DNA from: Gammaproteobacteria bacterium
Lineage (GTDB): Bacteria > Pseudomonadota > Gammaproteobacteria > GRL18
DNA: 44,612 nucleotides
Reading direction: 5' to 3'
NCBI GenBank assembly: GCA_028571885.1
Contig: JAPVVU010000001.1
Coordinates: forward strand, 1 to 44,612
Shown one piece after another: positions 40,256 to 44,612 of the stretch (positions are counted from its first letter, which is position 1; each line of letters opens with the position of its first letter). The notes below the pieces were generated by a model. The model was not told where the DNA came from. It did no database searches and saw nothing but the letters and a program-made list of their open reading frames with translations. The position numbers were made by a program, and so were the translations under genes.

Positions 40256-42391
40256 ATGTCCCAAACAGCTGATAATTCTATCTCAAGCGATAGTTATTTC
40301 AAAAAAATTAAAAAACAATTTCCTGATCTTGTTGGTTGTTATCAGCCTAATATTTTCCCTTTAGGTTACTTTGTTAGACGAAGTGAACCTCGATTACTCT
40401 ATGTTATGCCTCTGACGATGTTTTATGGTGGTGTAAAATACCCGGTCAAAAGTAAAAATTTATCCACGAATGGTTTACAAATTTTTATGCCCAGAACCTT
40501 TGTTCAGGAAGGCAAAACTGTACAAATTACTTTTGATAAATTTATTGAGAATCAAAATTCAATACTTGGCGGTATGGATGAATTTACACCTTATAAGAAC
40601 ATTGAATATTTAATCAAAGAGGTTAAACATGCAGGTGACAAAACATACCTTAGCTTAATTCAGGTCAGCTTACCTGCAGCCACAAGGGACTTTTTTAACC
40701 GTTTTATCGCAGGCAATCGTTTACGTTATAAAATTGATGCCTCAGATCGTATTTGTGCCTCCAAAGCTCAGTATTATGAAAACCTTTATTCACTTAATAT
40801 GCAGCATGTGCCTATGTTTATACATTGGACCCATGACTTAGGGTTTTATATTGATACAGTAATAAAAACAAATCGAAATAAAGATTTTTTTAATTACATC
40901 AGTGATAGCAGCCATGATGAAAGATTAAAAGCCGGACCTCAATTTAATACTTTTTGCATACCACAACGAATTGAAAAGTTTGCAGAAATGGCACGTAATA
41001 ATGAGTCTTCCATTTTATTTACTTATTGGGAGCATAATGAATTTCATTCAGTCTTTGATTTTGAGCTGGAAAACCGCAATGAAATGTCACAGATTGCCGT
41101 CAAAGTAAAAACATGTAAAGGTCGAATTTATAAAGCATTAACCAACCTTAATAAAAAACCAGCAGCAGAAAAAATTACTGCTATGTTGAGTAAAATACAA
41201 AGAATTGATGCAATGGCATCAAAAGTGATAGATAAACGTGCATCTGAGTCAATTGCTCAGGTTATTTTTATAGACATCACTAAAATATTTTGCAGGCAGA
41301 ATATTTTTTTAACACCATTGGAATTTATTTCTGGAGAAGCACTTAGTTTATCTGTGATCTGCAATAATAAAAAAATAAGAATGGCTGATGGCCAGGTTAT
41401 TGAAACATTTGATGAAACATCATTTCGTCACCCGGATATTGTTAGTTTTAATGTTGATCACCATCGATATGATCCACGATACCAATATGAAATGGACGTT
41501 TCTGTTAAATTCAATAACCAGATTTATGCTGCAAAAACAATTGATTTTTCACGTTCTGGTCTGGGATTGGTGATTCGTCAGGAGGTTGATATCACAAAAG
41601 ACGCCTTGATAGAAATTACCTTCTCCAGCTTGATGATAAAAGGCATATCAACACAACTCAAAGATCTTACTCACCGTGTTATGATTGCCAGAAGAAGAAA
41701 TGATGGTCTTTTTCTTGGCGTTATTCGAAATACCAATGATTGCCACCGAACCATTAATCAATTTTTTTCAAATCTGGTTAAACGCAATAGAAGCAAATTA
41801 GAATTATGTGTTAAAGATAAAATCGATACGGTTAATACCACATTTTACGAAGCATTTGTTACAGAAAATATGCAAACTATTCCTATTGTTATTACCAGAG
41901 ATAGAAATGATCAACACTACATTCGTGAGGTTGGCTTAACCGAAACACCCTGTGGGCTGGCTGAAAAGCTTTATGTAGAAGGCCATGGCTATGATTTTCG
42001 TTTTCTGACCACTGAATTGCGACTCAATGAATTCCATCAACGAGCAAATAAAGCGTCGGAAAAAAATTCTCAGAGTTTTATGCTGTTTTTGTTCATAGAT
42101 GAAAATGAGCTTGGCCATAAAAGTATTTTTTCTATCACTGATTTTGAGCTTATTAACAACGATCAGCTTGATCTGTTAATTGACTTTATTTTAAAAAATA
42201 ATGGTGTGTGTATTAATATTAAGTTTATGAACAACTTAGTAGTTGATAAACTCTATCGGAATATGACATTAGATAAAGTTGAAAAATTAAATAAGGCTTC
42301 AGCAAAATTATTAGCTCAGGAATACAAAGAAATCATTGGTTTTGCAGAGATGATTGATTTGACCGATGAATATCGTAAATTATATAATTAA
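40256..42391 (+). CDS. Large PilZ-domain protein (two PilZ domains)
   Basis: RSEPR...NLSTNG and RYDPR...DFSRSG match the RxxxR / (D,N)xSxxG motifs. Confidence 0.82.
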   Translation: MSQTADNSISSDSYFKKIKKQFPDLVGCYQPNIFPLGYFVRRSEPRLLYVMPLTMFYGGVKYPVKSKNLSTNGLQIFMPRTFVQEGKTVQITFDKFIENQNSILGGMDEFTPYKNIEYLIKEVKHAGDKTYLSLIQVSLPAATRDFFNRFIAGNRLRYKIDASDRICASKAQYYENLYSLNMQHVPMFIHWTHDLGFYIDTVIKTNRNKDFFNYISDSSHDERLKAGPQFNTFCIPQRIEKFAEMARNNESSILFTYWEHNEFHSVFDFELENRNEMSQIAVKVKTCKGRIYKALTNLNKKPAAEKITAMLSKIQRIDAMASKVIDKRASESIAQVIFIDITKIFCRQNIFLTPLEFISGEALSLSVICNNKKIRMADGQVIETFDETSFRHPDIVSFNVDHHRYDPRYQYEMDVSVKFNNQIYAAKTIDFSRSGLGLVIRQEVDITKDALIEITFSSLMIKGISTQLKDLTHRVMIARRRNDGLFLGVIRNTNDCHRTINQFFSNLVKRNRSKLELCVKDKIDTVNTTFYEAFVTENMQTIPIVITRDRNDQHYIREVGLTETPCGLAEKLYVEGHGYDFRFLTTELRLNEFHQRANKASEKNSQSFMLFLFIDENELGHKSIFSITDFELINNDQLDLLIDFILKNNGVCINIKFMNNLVVDKLYRNMTLDKVEKLNKASAKLLAQEYKEIIGFAEMIDLTDEYRKLYN

Positions 42392-42439
42392 GCAAATCTC
42401 TAACCCCAGCAACTAGTATCATTTCAAGAATAGAATCAA

Positions 42440-42862
42440 ATGCCCAAATTGGAACATAAAATATTTACAAAAATTGAAATTTTTAATAATAATGCCGAGC
42501 AATTTATTAAAAATGAACGATTTTCTGATGCTATAAAAGAATACCAAAAGGGCTGGAATACTCTTCCCGAACCTAAACAATTATGGGATGCAGCCTTATG
42601 GCTCAAAGTAGGGCAGGCTGAATGTCTTCTTGCCTTAGATGATTTCAAACAGGGCAAACAAAAATTGCTTGAGGCGATGCTTTGTAGTGGTGCTGTTAGT
42701 AACCCTCTTGTTCATTTATTATTAGGTATTTGTTGTTTTGAATTAGATGAGAAAAAAACCGCCCGCGAAGAGTTACAAATTGCCTACGATCTTGAAGGCG
42801 CAGGTATTTTTCAACAGGGTGATGAAAAATATCAGCAGTTCCTTATGCAACAATCAAATTGA
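42440..42862 (+). CDS. Small tetratricopeptide-repeat protein
   Basis: Helical TPR pattern (AIKEYQKG...LPEPK.LW; NPLVHLLLGICCFEL...A.EELQIAY). Confidence 0.75.
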   Translation: MPKLEHKIFTKIEIFNNNAEQFIKNERFSDAIKEYQKGWNTLPEPKQLWDAALWLKVGQAECLLALDDFKQGKQKLLEAMLCSGAVSNPLVHLLLGICCFELDEKKTAREELQIAYDLEGAGIFQQGDEKYQQFLMQQSN

Positions 42863-42869
42863 GGTTCTA

Positions 42870-43949
42870 ATGACTTTTTCCGGTTTTAGCAAAATCAATA
42901 ATAGCTTTAAGATGAAAATCATAAATCAATCCTGGTTGTTTCTTCTGGTTTTATTTTCGATGACTATCAGCGGTTGTTTTGCAGATAAAGCAAGCAAAAC
43001 CATTGAACATACCGAAAATGCACTCAGTATTACTTTATCTCATGATGGCCAATATGTATTAATTGCCCGCTCTCAAGGTTTTGTTGAATTACTTAAAACA
43101 ACAAACAATGAAGTGGTCGCACAGTGGCAGCATGACCAGTCACCCGAAGCCGGTGTGATAGCATCCGATTTTTCTGCCCATAACGAATTTGTGGTCACTG
43201 CTGAACAAGGAACACTCGCTTTATTTAGTTTAAAAGAGAATAAAGTACTTTACTTCTGGTCTATGGATGACATCAGAGACATAAAATTATCCAGTGATGG
43301 TGAGTATGCCCTGGTTTCCAGTCGTGACAAAAGTGGTGAGTACCCATTGTATCGAATTGTTTACTTTCACCTGCGCACAGGCGGAATAAAATTCGGCTTT
43401 TATCATGATGATATTATCACCAGTGTTGCCTTATCGGCTGATGGCCGCTATGCATTGTCAGGTTCTGATGATACTAAGGCGCGCTTATGGGATCTGAAAA
43501 CTGGCGAGTTAAAGCACACCTGGTCACATGTTTCTAAAGTGTCGAAGGTACAACTTTCTCCTGATGGCCAATATGCCATGACTAATGCCGCTTCTGATGG
43601 TATTTTTATCTGGAATACAGAAGATGGTCAGTTAGTACGTCGACTCAACAAAATCAGGGCAACTGTAGCATCGGCTGTATTTTCACCTGATAGTAAAAAT
43701 ATTGCCACTGGATATAGCCGTGAAGAAATTATTCTATGGAATGTAAAAACGGGCGAGAAGCTGATGACCTGGAGACCAAAACGTCGTTATATCTGGCAGG
43801 CTTCATTAGCCAATGTAACAACTATGGCTTTTCAGGAGATGGCCTTTAAAGATATGACCTTTCAAGATACAACATCACCATCTAAAAATATGCTCATTAG
43901 TGAAACCTCCCGAGGAATCCTACAATTTTGGAAACTCCCGGATAATTAA
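42870..43949 (+). CDS. WD40-repeat beta-propeller protein, probable lipoprotein
   Basis: ITSVALSADGRYALSGSDDTKARLWD-type repeats; hydrophobic signal ending ISGC. Start at 42870 (GAGG RBS) or 42912, not 42747. Confidence 0.88.
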   Translation: MTFSGFSKINNSFKMKIINQSWLFLLVLFSMTISGCFADKASKTIEHTENALSITLSHDGQYVLIARSQGFVELLKTTNNEVVAQWQHDQSPEAGVIASDFSAHNEFVVTAEQGTLALFSLKENKVLYFWSMDDIRDIKLSSDGEYALVSSRDKSGEYPLYRIVYFHLRTGGIKFGFYHDDIITSVALSADGRYALSGSDDTKARLWDLKTGELKHTWSHVSKVSKVQLSPDGQYAMTNAASDGIFIWNTEDGQLVRRLNKIRATVASAVFSPDSKNIATGYSREEIILWNVKTGEKLMTWRPKRRYIWQASLANVTTMAFQEMAFKDMTFQDTTSPSKNMLISETSRGILQFWKLPDN

Positions 43950-43956
43950 TATTATA

Positions 43957-44612
43957 ATGGATGATCTGACTTTTAAAACTGATTATTCATACACGCAAAC
44001 CCTCAAAAAGGGACAATGGGCCTGGGAATTTTTACGCCGTAATGCTGCATACCAAAATGACTATCAATGGTTCATTGCTCAATGGAAGGCACTTGAAAAT
44101 GATTATGGTTGTTCAACTGATAAGGATTATCAGGCATGGAAACAAGATCCCCGTTCATACAAAATAATTGATATTTCCTCCGATCAAGACGGTAATTGTG
44201 CTATTTCAGATGATAAATTACTTATTGAGTGCTGGATGGGCAATAAATGGGGATTTTATCAATTTCCCCAATCGCCTCAACTTAATGCATTAGAAGTTGA
44301 CATAAATTGGCGTCCTCTGCCTCCTGAGTATAAGGCACCTGATAACCCATCTGAAGTGAATAAAAATCAGCTTATTCAAACCATGGATTTTGATCTGAGC
44401 AAGTCACTAAAAGAACAACTTGAGCAGGTGAAACGTAAAATAATTATCGCTCAACGTCGTTTAAGAAAGCAGGGAAGTCTTACTCCATTTACGATTATGG
44501 GAAAAAGGGAACTATGGATATGTTGCCTTAGCTGGCTGGATTCTCAGGACAAAGTGGGCAATGAATGCCAACATTCTTTTGATAAGATGCAAATAAAGAT
44601 AGAAGCAGAGTA
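43957..44612 (+). CDS. DUF6499 (Msi172/FseA N-terminal-like) putative transcriptional regulator, runs off window
   Basis: Not in ORF track. Translated by hand: MDDLTFKTDYSYTQTLKKGQWAWEFLRRNAAYQNDY...LIECWMGNKWGFYQFP...FDLSKSLKEQLEQVKR...WICCLSWLD; open to the window end. Confidence 0.78.
   Translation, partial: MDDLTFKTDYSYTQTLKKGQWAWEFLRRNAAYQNDYQWFIAQWKALENDYGCSTDKDYQAWKQDPRSYKIIDISSDQDGNCAISDDKLLIECWMGNKWGFYQFPQSPQLNALEVDINWRPLPPEYKAPDNPSEVNKNQLIQTMDFDLSKSLKEQLEQVKRKIIIAQRRLRKQGSLTPFTIMGKRELWICCLSWLDSQDKVGNECQHSFDKMQIKIEAE

Noticed and set aside
1336-42657. Numerous short ORFs (60-170 aa) in the track overlapping major genes
   Set aside because: Antisense or alternate-frame shadows of well-supported genes, with no motifs or RBS support.
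42747-42869. N-terminal extensions given by the ORF track (WD40 from 42747, sat from 30012, mltD from 6308, tatT from 1400)
   Set aside because: Downstream starts fit RBS, signal peptide or family N-termini better, and for WD40 avoid overlap with the TPR gene.
44245-44270. Active FseA-type +1 programmed frameshift
   Set aside because: Spacing between TGG GGA and TTT C has one extra codon relative to the motif as I recall it, and frame 0 stays open with a plausible protein.

Overview
AT-rich chromosomal window from a gammaproteobacterium, probably a marine sulfur oxidiser (inferred from a Riftia/Allochromatium-type sat gene). The backbone is housekeeping: a TRAP/TPAT transporter (dctP, tatT), mltD-gloB / yafS-rnhA-dnaQ, rimP-nusA-infB-rbfA-truB-rpsO-pnp, sat, sucA-sucB-lpdA and an M16C peptidase. 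Signalling genes are interspersed: a PAS-GGDEF-EAL protein, an InaA-type kinase, HDOD, HPP-CBS and a double-PilZ protein. The most notable items are: (1) a compact locus between pnp and sat with two paralogous membrane-anchored Hanks-type Ser/Thr kinases, both non-RD (HGD catalytic loop, ASP-x-Y instead of GTP-x-Y), plus an FHA protein ending in a MinD-like amphipathic tail, with no phosphatase or T6SS nearby; (2) a degenerate HDOD gene coupled to a 1034-aa membrane protein with an internal duplication; (3) a perfect FNR-type box upstream of sat; (4) a 149-bp MITE-like element with an 8-bp target duplication and a hairpin whose mismatches are all G-U pairs; (5) an in-frame DUF6499/FseA-like regulator ORF at the right edge, missing from the ORF track, behind TPR and WD40 genes; (6) recurrent 22-23-bp intergenic direct repeats. 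No tRNA, rRNA, CRISPR array, integrase or transposase was seen. All family assignments come from motif recognition by eye, without database searches.
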